Shown here: positions 7,194 to 16,308 of the stretch, in pieces
Layout of the letters: each line of letters begins with the position of its first letter
How positions within the stretch are numbered: the stretch's first letter is position 1
Assembly: GCA_965603135.1 (NCBI GenBank)
Contig: CBFDBV010000002.1
Location: 1-39,969, forward strand
DNA length: 39,969 bases
Direction of reading: 5' to 3'
Source of the DNA: an uncultured bacterium
GTDB taxonomy: Bacteria; Armatimonadota; Zipacnadia; Zipacnadales; UBA5352
Position numbers and translations under genes: made by a program
Notes under the pieces: model-generated
What the model saw: the letters and a program-made list of their open reading frames with translations, nothing else
The model's database searches: none
What the model was told of the DNA's origin: nothing

Positions 7194-7645
7194 GCCTTGC
7201 CCTCCAGCGCCTGTCGCTCGCGCCACACGCGGATGAAGTCCCGCGCCACGGCCAGTTGGCCGGCGTTGGCGTGCACCTCCACACCGGCCTGGCGCAGCGC
7301 ATCCTGAGCTTCGTCGAAGCTGATGCCCGTGGTCACCAGGTAGCACGCCGCGGTCAAAGGCGCGCGCCCCACCCCCGCCTTACAGTGCACCACCACGCGC
7401 CGCCCCTCCCGCGCCGCAGCCCCGATAAAGACGCCTATCATCAGCAGCCTGTCTACGTCCGGCATCGAGCCATCCGCCACCGGAGCCCACAGCGCGACCT
7501 CCGGCGGCCTGTCACCGAAGTCATCGCGGACGCTCTGCCGCAGGTTGACGCTGACGGTCACGCCCTGATCGTTGAGCTGCTTCCAGTCGTCGGCGCTCAT
7601 ACTGCCGCCGACCCACAACTGGCCGGTGACGCGATGAAAGCTCAT
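7190..7645 (-). CDS. Dual-specificity / Cys-based protein phosphatase (HCxxGxxR)
   Basis: Active-site loop VVHCKAGVGRAP. ATG 7645-7643 (MSFHRVTGQLWVGG) has GGAGGTGGA upstream. Confidence 0.7.
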   Translation of the reverse strand: MSFHRVTGQLWVGGSMSADDWKQLNDQGVTVSVNLRQSVRDDFGDRPPEVALWAPVADGSMPDVDRLLMIGVFIGAAAREGRRVVVHCKAGVGRAPLTAACYLVTTGISFDEAQDALRQAGVEVHANAGQLAVARDFIRVWRERQALEGKA

Positions 7646-7666
7646 CGCCAGTCCACCTCCACCTCT

Positions 7667-7690
7667 GGCAAGGGGCAAGGGGCAAAGGGG
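7667..7690. repeat. Heptamer array GGCAAGG GGCAAGG GGCAAAG GGG. It is the inverted partner of 7741-7771.
   Basis: Read directly. It lies 22 nt upstream of the phosphatase ATG on the coding strand. Confidence 0.8.
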
Positions 7691-7732
7691 CCACCACTCC
7701 ACCACCGCGTACCTCTCTGCCCCGGCCCCCCG

Positions 7733-7771
7733 TGCCGTTCCCCCTTTGCCCTTTGCCTATTGCCCTTTGCC
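7733..7771. repeat. Heptamer array: head TGCCGTTCCCC followed by CTTTGCC-type units
   Basis: It has the same 11-nt head as 6617-6627. It overlaps the last codons (GKGQ) and TAG stop of the 7757..8842 gene, and it is complementary to 7667-7690. Confidence 0.8.
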
Positions 7772-8842
7772 CGGATGCACCTCGCCCTGCTCGTCTATGC
7801 CCGCTACCCGGGTTGCGTCCTGGTACGCGACCGCCCGCAGCCAGGTGCGCCGCACCTCGCCCGGCTGCATCACAAGCTGCGTGCCCGCCTCCATCGCGTT
7901 CGTCAGTATCGCCGGGAAGCTGCTGAACGGCTCCAGCGCCAGCGTGTAGTGCCGCCCGAAGCTCGGATAACCCTCTGCCCCACCCAGCGGCATCCAGCAC
8001 CAGATGTGCCGGAAGGTCTCCAGGTCGAAGGAGATGCCGAAGCCCAGCCGCAAGCTGTGGCTCGTCACCGCCCACCAGCCCTCCTCCAGGTCCGTCAGAT
8101 AGGTCATATCGTCAACCTTCGCCTCCGGCGGGGCGACCACGCTCAGGTCCACCTGGCTGCCATCTCGGGCGCGTCCGCATGGCCAGTGGAACTCCTGGTC
8201 CGCCTCGAACCGCGACCCATCGCCCACATTGGCGTCCACCACCACCCGCTGCGCCGCGCAGTCAATCACGCAGTCGGCCTCCAGGAAGTGGCTGCTCAGC
8301 GCCGGGTGGTGGCCCCACATCAGATCCATCGGCTCCAGGCCCTCGTTGGTGAGCGTCTCGTCTATCTCGAGGACGGCCCGCTCGGCGCGGAGAGTGAAGG
8401 TCTTCTCCAGCAGAAACGGCGTGCGGTTGGTGCGCACCCAGGTCTTCGCCTGCACACATTCTGGATCATCCTGGACTATCTGGCACCTCCAGGGCACGCC
8501 CCAGACCTCGCCGTGCAGGCCCATCTCGACGCCCTTGTAGTCGCAGACGCGGCCGCCGTTGGGCATGCACTCCTGCCAGCCGCCCTCGTAGAAGTCCGCG
8601 AACGGCCCGACCGTCGGCGCTCTCATATCCAGCGCCTTCATCGGCGGCCGCACACCGCGCGGCGTGCGCCACATAAAGTCCATGTCCGCCGGCTTGTACA
8701 GGAACTCGTAGATGTCGGTGCCCTTGTCGAGCAGTATCGTGACGCGCAGCAGCGAGTTCTCCATCACCAGCAGCCGCATATCGCGGTAGGTGAACTCGTC
8801 GCTGATGCGACAGCCGAAGTTGCGTTCGTGCGTGTAGTGCAT
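7757..8842 (-). CDS. Aldose-1-epimerase-like / DUF4432-type protein
   Basis: 361-aa ORF with normal amino-acid composition. The family call comes from overall resemblance only (NSLLRVTILLDKGTDIYEF..., GLHGEVW, MWGHHPAL). Confidence 0.5.
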   Translation of the reverse strand: MHYTHERNFGCRISDEFTYRDMRLLVMENSLLRVTILLDKGTDIYEFLYKPADMDFMWRTPRGVRPPMKALDMRAPTVGPFADFYEGGWQECMPNGGRVCDYKGVEMGLHGEVWGVPWRCQIVQDDPECVQAKTWVRTNRTPFLLEKTFTLRAERAVLEIDETLTNEGLEPMDLMWGHHPALSSHFLEADCVIDCAAQRVVVDANVGDGSRFEADQEFHWPCGRARDGSQVDLSVVAPPEAKVDDMTYLTDLEEGWWAVTSHSLRLGFGISFDLETFRHIWCWMPLGGAEGYPSFGRHYTLALEPFSSFPAILTNAMEAGTQLVMQPGEVRRTWLRAVAYQDATRVAGIDEQGEVHPGKGQ

Positions 8843-8868
8843 CGTTACCTCTCACCACCGAGTGATAC

Positions 8869-8902
8869 CGTTGGGCGGGCTTTCGCGCCCGCCGGCGTTG
8901 GG
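8869..8902. repeat. REP-like hairpin GGCGGGC-TTTCGC-GCCCGCC flanked by the direct repeat CGTTGGG
   Basis: Stem 8874-8880 / 8887-8893. CGTTGGG occurs at 8869-8875 and 8896-8902. Confidence 0.7.
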
Positions 8903-8910
8903 CCTGCCGG

Positions 8911-8952
8911 ATACGAACGCCGAGGCGGGCTGGAAAGCCCGCCATACGAACG
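8911..8952. repeat. REP-like hairpin GGCGGGCT-GGAA-AGCCCGCC flanked by the 9-nt direct repeat ATACGAACG
   Basis: Stem 8924-8931 / 8936-8943. ATACGAACG occurs at 8911-8919 and 8944-8952. Confidence 0.75.
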
Positions 8953-9117
8953 ACTGCAGACGCGTTCACCCCAACTCGCACTCACAGTTACCTTCGCCGC
9001 TGGACCGCGGTATCCCTGCCTCACCAGCCGGTCGCGCTACGCAGGTAAGACGCCGTTGCGCGTGGAATGTCCCTGTGAGACTCGGCGCCATCGAACCTCT
9101 CACCGGAGTTGATCAAC

Positions 9118-11736
9118 GTGCGCGTTGAACTTGCCTGCTTGCTTGTCATCAGTCTGGTCGCCTCCACCGCGCGGGCGGCCATCCTGCAATCCGACACGAT
9201 CCGCCTGGAGATCGGTGAGGACGCGAAGCTCATCTCGCTGAAGGCCTCCTGCTCCGAACGAGAACTGGGCCGCCCTGGAGAGCCGATGGCCTACGTGGTC
9301 GTCGAAGGTGAGACCGTGCACGCCGACGCCGCGACCGCCGACGACGCCAGCATCGAGTTGACCTTCGGGGAAACCGGCGTGTCAGCGACCCTCGAATGGC
9401 AGGCCGAGGGCGCTCTGCTGCTCGTCAAGCCGGCGTCAGTCACCGGCGCTCCCACCGAGCTGTGCTTCCTGCGCCTGGGCGTCGTGACGGGCGGGGAGCA
9501 CCTGTGCTCAGGTCGCGTGCACGCGTTCGAGGACGCGAGCATTGCCCTGGTATCAGAGGCCCCCGAATGCCTGGTGAAGTCGGGAGGCCGCAATCATCCC
9601 TACATGGCCGCCTCGCTGTTCTCGGAGGTCTCGCTCGAGCCGGTGCGCATCGCGCTGATGGCAGCGCCGCACGAGACCGTCAGCGACCTCATCGCCCAGG
9701 CCGAGGCGCTTTTCGGCATCCCCATCGGCATCAAGTCCAAGCGCTCCGAGGCGGCGATGGGCACGTACGCGATGGTGTCCGGGATGACCGAGGAGAATGC
9801 CGACCAGGTCATCGAGTGGATGGCCCGCGCCGGCGTCGGCACCGTAATGATGGTTCACGGCACCTGGGGGCACTTCGGGCATCACTACGCGGTGCCGGAG
9901 AGCACCTTTCCCAGCGGCATTGAGGGCCTGCGCGCGGCGGTGGACAAGATCCACGACCGCGGCATGCTCGCCGCCGCCCATCTCTTCGCCACCAAGGTCC
10001 CCAAGGCCAGCGACTATATGAAGCCGAAGGCCGAGCGTCGCCTCTACGAGGACCTGAGCCTGACGCTGAAGGAGCCGCTGGGCCTCGAAGAAGACCGCAT
10101 CGTCACCACCGAGGCGCCCACAGAATGGCCTGTGACCACCGGCACGCGCGACATCCGCATCGGCGACGAGATGATGGCGTACACTGAACTCTCGCTGGAG
10201 CAGCCCTTCGGCTTCACCGGTGTCAAGCGCGCTCAGTGCGGGACCGAGCCCCACGCCCACCAGGCCGGCGAGCAGGTCGCCCACGTGAAGACCGACGAGT
10301 CGCGCGGCATCTTCATCATCGACCAGACCACCGACCTGATAGACGAGCACACCGCCGACATCGCGCGCACCTATGACGCCGCGGGCTTCGACTGGATCTA
10401 CTTCGACGGGGCCGAGGACGTGCACCCGCCGCGGTGGTACCGCTACACGGTGCCAAAGCTGAAGCTCATCGAGAAGCTCGAGCGCGAGCCGGTCATCATT
10501 CAGGCCGCGGCCCAGGGCCCGTTCTGCTGGCACCTGACCACCCGCGTGGGCCAGCGCGACTACTTCTGGGTCTCGATGAGCTACAAGGACGAGGTGGATG
10601 ACGCCATCGCCCGCTCGGTGCCCCGCGCTAGGCGGAACTTGATGGTCCCTGAACTCGGCTGGTTCCCGTTTCGCCCCACCGCCGAGCACATCCGCGCCAC
10701 CCAGGTTGACGATGTCGAGTACCTGTGCGCAAAGGCCCTCGCCAGCAACTCGACCTACTCCATTCAGGCCCGCCCGGAGCGCCTGCGCAAGCTGCCCAAC
10801 CTGGACGCGATCCTGCACCTCATGGGCCGCTACGAGCATCACAAGTTCGCCGGCACCCTCGCCGACGAGGTCAAGCAGCGCGTGCTGGAGCCGCATCAGG
10901 ACTTCATCCTGCTCGAGCACGAGGGGATGGAGCCGCGCCTGGTCCGCGCGCGCGAGATGCCCTACGTCGCCGGCACCAGCCATGTCGTCAGGGCCTTCGT
11001 CTGCGACCCCATTGACGGCGTGCGCACGACCTCGCTCTTCCCGGTCGGGCCGAAGGCTTCCATCGAGTTCTCGCTCGACCCCCGCAAGCTGGAGTTCACC
11101 GACTACCAGGGCGATCCCATCCAGGTCGAGGTGAAGCCGGGAGCGCGGGTCGTGGTGCCGGTCACCACGCGCGTCTTTATGCGCAGCAAGGACATCGGCA
11201 TGGGCGAGATTCGCATGGCGCTGCGACGCGCGAAGGTCGAGCTGCTCAAGCCTCAGATGATCTTGGTCAACGCGCCGGACGCCGCGCGCATCGAGGGCAG
11301 CTTCGCCACCGGCGCTGAGGCGGGCGTGACCTTCGATGGCTCGGTGGGCGATGTCATCGTCCCCTCCGGCCCGCTGAACAAGACCACCGGCAGGAACACC
11401 TACCTCGAGTACGAGATTCACGCCCCGGCGCCCGGCACCTATCTTCTGTGGATTCGCACCCGCTACCACGACACCAACTCCAACAGCTTCTTCCTGCACG
11501 ACTTCGAGAACCCGGACGAGCCGCGCTTGCTGGGCAATAAGATCGGCGATTATCACCGCTGGCTCTGGGAGGGCGGCTTGCAGGTCGAGCTGGAGGAGGG
11601 CACGAATGTAATCCGCATCACGGGCCGCGAGAGCAGGCCCAACGAAAGCCCGGTGCTCGATGTCATTTGCCTCATCTACGAGGACTTCGCGTACCGCCCG
11701 ACCGACGCCGATGCCCACGAGGCCCTCGGCGAGTAG
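9118..11736 (+). CDS. Secreted large protein, putative glycoside-hydrolase-like catalytic region with a C-terminal CBM-like domain
   Basis: Signal peptide (M)RVELACLLVISLVASTARAA. GTG 9118 has GGAG 9 nt upstream, so I prefer it to TTG 9109. The C-terminus YLEYEIHAPAPGTYLLWIRTRYHDTNSNSFFL...GTNVIRITG resembles CBM6/35-type modules. Function is tentative. Confidence 0.6.
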   Translation: MRVELACLLVISLVASTARAAILQSDTIRLEIGEDAKLISLKASCSERELGRPGEPMAYVVVEGETVHADAATADDASIELTFGETGVSATLEWQAEGALLLVKPASVTGAPTELCFLRLGVVTGGEHLCSGRVHAFEDASIALVSEAPECLVKSGGRNHPYMAASLFSEVSLEPVRIALMAAPHETVSDLIAQAEALFGIPIGIKSKRSEAAMGTYAMVSGMTEENADQVIEWMARAGVGTVMMVHGTWGHFGHHYAVPESTFPSGIEGLRAAVDKIHDRGMLAAAHLFATKVPKASDYMKPKAERRLYEDLSLTLKEPLGLEEDRIVTTEAPTEWPVTTGTRDIRIGDEMMAYTELSLEQPFGFTGVKRAQCGTEPHAHQAGEQVAHVKTDESRGIFIIDQTTDLIDEHTADIARTYDAAGFDWIYFDGAEDVHPPRWYRYTVPKLKLIEKLEREPVIIQAAAQGPFCWHLTTRVGQRDYFWVSMSYKDEVDDAIARSVPRARRNLMVPELGWFPFRPTAEHIRATQVDDVEYLCAKALASNSTYSIQARPERLRKLPNLDAILHLMGRYEHHKFAGTLADEVKQRVLEPHQDFILLEHEGMEPRLVRAREMPYVAGTSHVVRAFVCDPIDGVRTTSLFPVGPKASIEFSLDPRKLEFTDYQGDPIQVEVKPGARVVVPVTTRVFMRSKDIGMGEIRMALRRAKVELLKPQMILVNAPDAARIEGSFATGAEAGVTFDGSVGDVIVPSGPLNKTTGRNTYLEYEIHAPAPGTYLLWIRTRYHDTNSNSFFLHDFENPDEPRLLGNKIGDYHRWLWEGGLQVELEEGTNVIRITGRESRPNESPVLDVICLIYEDFAYRPTDADAHEALGE

Positions 11737-11772
11737 TTGCCAGTTGGCGACAAGCGAGAAAGGTTGACTGAG

Positions 11773-14376
11773 ATGCGTGTTGTCGCAAGCCTCATTGCCT
11801 TGATGACATCTGCCACGCTGTTGGCTGCCGCTCCCGTTGAGATCCTCGCCAACGGCTCCTTCGAGGAGTTGCGCGGCGAGGCCCCCGCCTCCTGGCGCCC
11901 CGAGACTTGGCAGGGGGCGGCCGGCTGGGCCCTCGACGCGACGGAGCCGCATTCGGGCGAACGCTGTCTGAAGTTCTCATCGGAATCCGACCAGGGCGAG
12001 GTTGTCGCCAGGCAGACGGCGCCGCTCCTCCAGCCCGGCCGGCCGCTCACTCTCACCGGCTGGTGGCGCGGGAGCGAACTCACAGGCACCGGTGCGCGGG
12101 TGGTCTGCCGCTTCCTGGATAGCTCGGGAGCGAAGATCAGTGATGCCTCGCTGCCGAACAAGCCCGGCAGCTTCGCCTGGGAGCAGTTCTCCGCGAACCT
12201 GGAGCCGCCGGAGGGCGCCACCTCTGTCCAGGTCTTCATTGAGTTGTGGAAGAGCGCCGGCGCGGCGTGGTTCGACGATGTCTCGGTCACTCAGGAGGTG
12301 CAGCCGATGGACTACGACAACGTGCGCATCGGCGGCGGCGCCGAAGAGGGCGACCTGCGGGTCGCCGTCATTGACGGCCGGCCCACGAAGGCCAAGACCT
12401 ACGGCCCGCAGGGGATCCGCGACGCCCTCAGCCAAGCGGAGGGTATCCAGGCGGAGTTGCTGTCGAGCTGCACCCTTTACGACCTCAGCTCCTACGACTG
12501 CGTAGTGGTACCGGAGATACAGACCGAGGGCGGCCTGGGCGGTGGCGCGCAGAACGATGCCCTGGCGTGGCTGAGGGACTGGCGCGCGGCGCTCAGTGCC
12601 TACGTGCGCGCCGGCGGCGGCATCGTGCTCTGCCACGACTCGGTGGGCTTCCGCTTCGCGCTGGAGCACCCACTCTTTCCGAATGTGGTGCGCGGAAGCG
12701 ACCGCATCGAGGAGCGACAGGTGGCGCGCGTCGCGGAGCACCCCGTGACCGAGGGGGTCGAGCCGTTCGAGTGCGCCTTCACTGACTACATCAGTCTCGA
12801 AGCCGGGCCAGACGGCGAGGTCATCGCCTTTGATGCCGAGGATCGCCCTATCGTGGTGGCGGGCGAGGCCGGTGGTGGCCGGGTCGTCGGCTGCGGCCTG
12901 GGGCTCGGCATTGACGAGCACTCAAAGGACTGGGCCCCGACCGGCCCGGAGGGCCTGCTGCTGGAGAACGCGGTGCGCTGGGCTGCGGGCGGCACGCGCC
13001 AGGACGTCGCGCTGGTCCTTACGCCTACCTTCGTCGCCCTGCGTGAGGCCGACAAGCCGCTTGAGTTTGCCGCCTACGCCTTCGCCGTCAAGGAGGAAGC
13101 GGCGGGCACGGCCCTCGACCTGGAGGCATCTCTCATCTTCGAGGAGGGGGAAGCCGAAGCGCAGGTGGCGGCCACGGTCGAGGTCGTGCGCGACGGCGCG
13201 GCCCCGGCGTCTCTCTCCTTTGATGTCGGCCAGCTTCGCGATGGCGTGTACCACGTCGCGGTCAGCGCCTCCCGGGGCGGAGAGCCTATCTTGCCGACCG
13301 ACACTGTCCTGGCGACGGCTGAACTTCACGTCGAGTTCTCACGCTGGGCCGGCACCTTGCCCAAGTCGCACTTCCAGTGGCGCTCCTGCAACGTTCACGG
13401 CCCCGGTGGCCTCAAGACCGCCGATGAGATCGAGCAGATGGTCCGGCATCTCAAGGAGATGAACTTCACGGCCCTGCTCATCGCCGGCAAGCCGCCGAAT
13501 GGCCGCTGCTACTGGGACACCGACCTTGGCACCCGCCCCGAGGGCTTCGAGGGTCTCGACCATCTGAAGGTCGCCTCCGAGGCCTGCGAGCGCGAGGGCG
13601 TACAGTGCCTGGTGCAGTTCTGCGCCTTCGTCGAGGGCTCGGCGAGCGACCCGAGCGATTTTATCAAGCAGCACCCCGAACTCGCCGAGTACCATGAGGG
13701 CCAGCCGCAGGAGCTTGCCGAGCGCGGCGGCTCCGCCTTCGGCTGCCCGGACCAGCCGGAGGTGCGTCAGTACGAACTCGACCTGATCCGCGAGATCGTG
13801 ACTAAGTATCCGGGCGTGGATGGCATCAGCTTCGACTACATCCGCTACGGCAACGACCGCTGGTGCGACTGCGAGCACTCGAAGGCGATGCAGGCCGAGT
13901 TTGCCGGGCAGCACCCCGACCTGAGCGAGCGCGAGGCGAAGGCGAGGTTCGGCGAGGAGCAGATCGTCAGCTTCACCTGGGAGGTCCGCGAGGTCCTGGA
14001 CGAGGTGCGGCCCGGGCTGATCCTGCACGGCTACTGCCACCCGGTCTGGGCTAACCGCTTCCCCATGCAGTACCTGTCCTTCCGCGCCTCGGCCCATGGC
14101 GATCAGCCCGGACGCGGCGGTATGTGGACCCTGGAGAGAGTCTTCGAGTCGGCGAAGCGCAACGTGGAACTCGCCGATGACCACCTGGATTACATGAAGG
14201 CCTCGCCCATGGCCGACACGGCATATCTGGGCTGGGAAAAGACCCCCGAGCGCTTCCGGCGGGAGCTTCGTCTCATCTACGAGGCCGGCGCGCGCGACCT
14301 CATGGTCTACCCCTACAGCACGCTCAGAGGCACGCCCGGCCTGCGAGAGATGCTCGCTGAGGAGTTCGCCGACTGA
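11773..14376 (+). CDS. Secreted multidomain protein: CBM4_9-like N-domain, GATase1/ThuA-like middle domain, GHL10 (YngK-like) glycoside-hydrolase-like C-domain
   Basis: ATG 11773 gives MRVVASLIALMTSATLLAAAP. The N-domain has NGSFEE...WFDDVSV. The middle domain has GGGIVLCHDS...HPVTEGV...GGGRVVGCG. The C-domain has VDGISFDYIRYGND. Domain names come from motif resemblance. Confidence 0.6.
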   Translation: MRVVASLIALMTSATLLAAAPVEILANGSFEELRGEAPASWRPETWQGAAGWALDATEPHSGERCLKFSSESDQGEVVARQTAPLLQPGRPLTLTGWWRGSELTGTGARVVCRFLDSSGAKISDASLPNKPGSFAWEQFSANLEPPEGATSVQVFIELWKSAGAAWFDDVSVTQEVQPMDYDNVRIGGGAEEGDLRVAVIDGRPTKAKTYGPQGIRDALSQAEGIQAELLSSCTLYDLSSYDCVVVPEIQTEGGLGGGAQNDALAWLRDWRAALSAYVRAGGGIVLCHDSVGFRFALEHPLFPNVVRGSDRIEERQVARVAEHPVTEGVEPFECAFTDYISLEAGPDGEVIAFDAEDRPIVVAGEAGGGRVVGCGLGLGIDEHSKDWAPTGPEGLLLENAVRWAAGGTRQDVALVLTPTFVALREADKPLEFAAYAFAVKEEAAGTALDLEASLIFEEGEAEAQVAATVEVVRDGAAPASLSFDVGQLRDGVYHVAVSASRGGEPILPTDTVLATAELHVEFSRWAGTLPKSHFQWRSCNVHGPGGLKTADEIEQMVRHLKEMNFTALLIAGKPPNGRCYWDTDLGTRPEGFEGLDHLKVASEACEREGVQCLVQFCAFVEGSASDPSDFIKQHPELAEYHEGQPQELAERGGSAFGCPDQPEVRQYELDLIREIVTKYPGVDGISFDYIRYGNDRWCDCEHSKAMQAEFAGQHPDLSEREAKARFGEEQIVSFTWEVREVLDEVRPGLILHGYCHPVWANRFPMQYLSFRASAHGDQPGRGGMWTLERVFESAKRNVELADDHLDYMKASPMADTAYLGWEKTPERFRRELRLIYEAGARDLMVYPYSTLRGTPGLREMLAEEFAD

Positions 14377-14559
14377 TCCCCCTGACTTGCCCTGACGCGC
14401 AGGGAACAATACCCCTGCCCGCAGTCGTCTGAGTAACAGCATCCTGGGATGTTGGATCGTGCCGAGCAGATGACCAGCAGGAGGCGAGGGGCCCTCGGAG
14501 CCGTCGTGCCCGCCCTTGCGGCACGAAGGCGCCTGCTGCCATCAGGAGAGAACGCGCAG

Positions 14560-15258
14560 ATGAGCGCAATCCGACTGACCTTCGTCGCAGCAATCGTCTC
14601 CCTGCTCGCCGCGCTTGCCGGCTGCGGCGGAGGCGGAAACACGCCCCCCTCCCAGCAGAGCTACTTCCCCCTGGCTGAGAACAACACGTGGTCCTATCAG
14701 ATCGTCGTCCACGTCCCGAGTGAGAAGGGCCGCGTAGCCGACCGCCCGTCTTTGTATCGGACCTTCCCGTTCGCGCTGGCCCACCTCAAAGCTCCGAAGT
14801 CCGGCCTCCGACAGGCCGTTGACCTCATCTCCACGGTCATCGGCAGCGAGATACTGGAGGGCCGGCAGTACTGGGCGGTCCAGGCCGAGCTGGTGGCCGA
14901 CGAAACCAGCACCGTCCAGCACATGCGCATTGATGCCACCGGTCTCTACGCCTACCGGGAGGTGGAGGGCCAGGTCTCCGACATCTGCCTGCTCAAGCTC
15001 CCGCCGCGCGTCGGCGACACCTGGACCGTCCCTGGCGACGAGCAGATCGTCTTCACTACCGAGGCTACCGATGACGCGGTGAGCGTGCCCGCGGGCGACT
15101 TCGAGTGCGTGCGGGTCAGTCAGGTGGACAACTCCTCCGAGCCGCCGTTCACGCTCCTCACCTGGTTCGCTTACGGCGTGGGCCTGGTCCAGGACAACAC
15201 CCTGGAGGGCGACACCCTCACCAGCGAGCTTAAGCTCATCACCTACGAGCTTCACTAG
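14560..15258 (+). CDS. Lipoprotein, function unknown
   Basis: MSAIRLTFVAAIVSLLAALAGC with lipobox LAGC followed by GGGGN. ATG 14560 is preceded by CAGGAGAG. Confidence 0.65.
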   Translation: MSAIRLTFVAAIVSLLAALAGCGGGGNTPPSQQSYFPLAENNTWSYQIVVHVPSEKGRVADRPSLYRTFPFALAHLKAPKSGLRQAVDLISTVIGSEILEGRQYWAVQAELVADETSTVQHMRIDATGLYAYREVEGQVSDICLLKLPPRVGDTWTVPGDEQIVFTTEATDDAVSVPAGDFECVRVSQVDNSSEPPFTLLTWFAYGVGLVQDNTLEGDTLTSELKLITYELH

Positions 15259-15310
15259 CCACGCTGAACGCACGCACCTCCTGGAGCCGCCGTTTCGCAC
15301 CACAAATGGG

Positions 15311-15339
15311 TTGACCTTTTCTCGGTGACGCTGTATACT
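15311..15339 (+). promoter_or_regulatory. Sigma-70-type promoter TTGACC-17 nt-TATACT
   Basis: TTGACC 15311-16 and TATACT 15334-39, about 50 nt upstream of the pilin-like gene. It stands out in GC-rich DNA. Confidence 0.5.
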
Positions 15340-15389
15340 GCCTTTCAGAGAGCAGGAGCATTGCACGCATTACTTGTGAGGTGATTGAG

Positions 15390-16040
15390 ATGCGACGTGG
15401 CTTCACGCTCATCGAGCTGTTGGTGGTGATAGCGATCATCGCCATCCTGGCGGCGATCCTATTCCCGGTCTTCGCTCGCGCGCGAGAGAAGGCCCGGCAG
15501 ACTTCCTGTCTGAGCAATGTCAAGGAGATCATGCTCGGCGTCCTGATGTACGCCCAGGACTACGACGAGACACTGCCGCGGATGCGTACCACGAACGGCC
15601 CGTTCAATTGGGTCGTCTGGCCCTCGGCCGTCGTCCCCTACATCCAGAACGACCAGATATGGGTCTGCCCCTCCCACAGGTTCAACCATTGCACCACCCC
15701 GGGCGCCTGGGCCTACGTGCAGTGGCACGATTACTTCCCCATCAGCTACTCCTACAACAACTGGAACGGCCAGGGCACCTGGGACGGCTACGACGGCTTC
15801 AACGACACCACCAACCTCCCGCTGGCCAAGATCAAGCGGCCCGCGCAGGTCATCTTCACCGGCGATGGTCGCTGCTACCAGTTCTACTGGACCAGTTCGA
15901 ACTACGTGGACACCTTCAACGCCACCACGTCCAAGAGCTACAAGCCGCACAACGAGGGCGCCAACTTCGCCTTCTGCGACGGCCACGCCAAGTGGCTGAA
16001 CAAGCTGCAGAACTCCGACTTCGCGGCGGATTGGGAGTAG
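15390..16040 (+). CDS. Prepilin-type N-terminal cleavage/methylation domain protein with H-X9-DG motif (DUF1559-type pseudopilin)
   Basis: MRRG|[36 protein letters not shown]. The C-terminus has [16 protein letters not shown] 15390 has GAGGTGA 6 nt upstream. Confidence 0.9.
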   Translation: MRRGFTLIELLVVIAIIAILAAILFPVFARAREKARQTSCLSNVKEIMLGVLMYAQDYDETLPRMRTTNGPFNWVVWPSAVVPYIQNDQIWVCPSHRFNHCTTPGAWAYVQWHDYFPISYSYNNWNGQGTWDGYDGFNDTTNLPLAKIKRPAQVIFTGDGRCYQFYWTSSNYVDTFNATTSKSYKPHNEGANFAFCDGHAKWLNKLQNSDFAADWE

Positions 16041-16062
16041 AGCAGCACCGTACGGCGGAGGC

Positions 16063-16122
16063 CCCGACCTCCAGCTTTGCTGGAGTCGGGATCCCGACTC
16101 GAAGCGCGGCTTCGAGGTCGGG
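16063..16122. repeat. Two tandem 12-bp bulged hairpins sharing CCCGAC/GTCGGG feet. Possible bidirectional terminator.
   Basis: Hairpin 1: 16063-16075 pairs with 16079-16090 (loop TTT, one bulged C). Hairpin 2: 16093-16104 pairs with 16110-16122 (loop CGCGG, one bulged G). The pair starts 23 nt after the pilin stop, and no T-tract follows. Confidence 0.5.
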
Positions 16123-16123
16123 A

Positions 16124-16155
16124 CTGGAGGCGAGAGGCTGGAGGCTGGAAACGAC
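16124..16155. repeat. Heptamer array GGAGGCG AGAGGCT GGAGGCT GGAAACG AC
   Basis: It is the inverted partner of 16358-16406 and is related to 23711-23742 and the complement of 25981-26025. Confidence 0.8.
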
Positions 16156-16259
16156 TGACGGCGCCGCGTACCGTCCGCGGCGCCGTCTTTATGTCCGGCG
16201 CCCTGCCCCCAGACCAGTAGGGCGGGCTTCCAAGCTTGTCCCACAGGAAAATGCGGGCC

Positions 16260-16286
16260 GCCGCAGGCAAGTCCTCGGCTGGGAAA
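16260..16286. repeat. Degenerate copy of the palindromic element GCCG(A/C)(G/A)GGCAAG(C/T)CCTCGGCTGGGAAA
   Basis: gccgcaggcaagtcctcggctgggaaa compared with 38088-38114 gccgagggcaagccctcggctgggaaa. Confidence 0.7.
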
Positions 16287-16308
16287 CCCCGCTTCAGTCC
16301 GCGGGGCC

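Noticed and set aside
9553-11952. 799-aa minus-strand ORF, and similar long ORFs at 32029..33669(-), 13339..14442(-), 7256..9112(+), 5901..7028(+), 15459..16436(-), 21337..22401(-), 11977..12921(-) and 24168..25130(-)
   Set aside because: They lie antisense or out of frame to genes with clear family motifs. They have the Arg/Gly/Ala/Leu/Pro-rich composition typical of shadow ORFs in GC-rich DNA. None has a recognisable motif.
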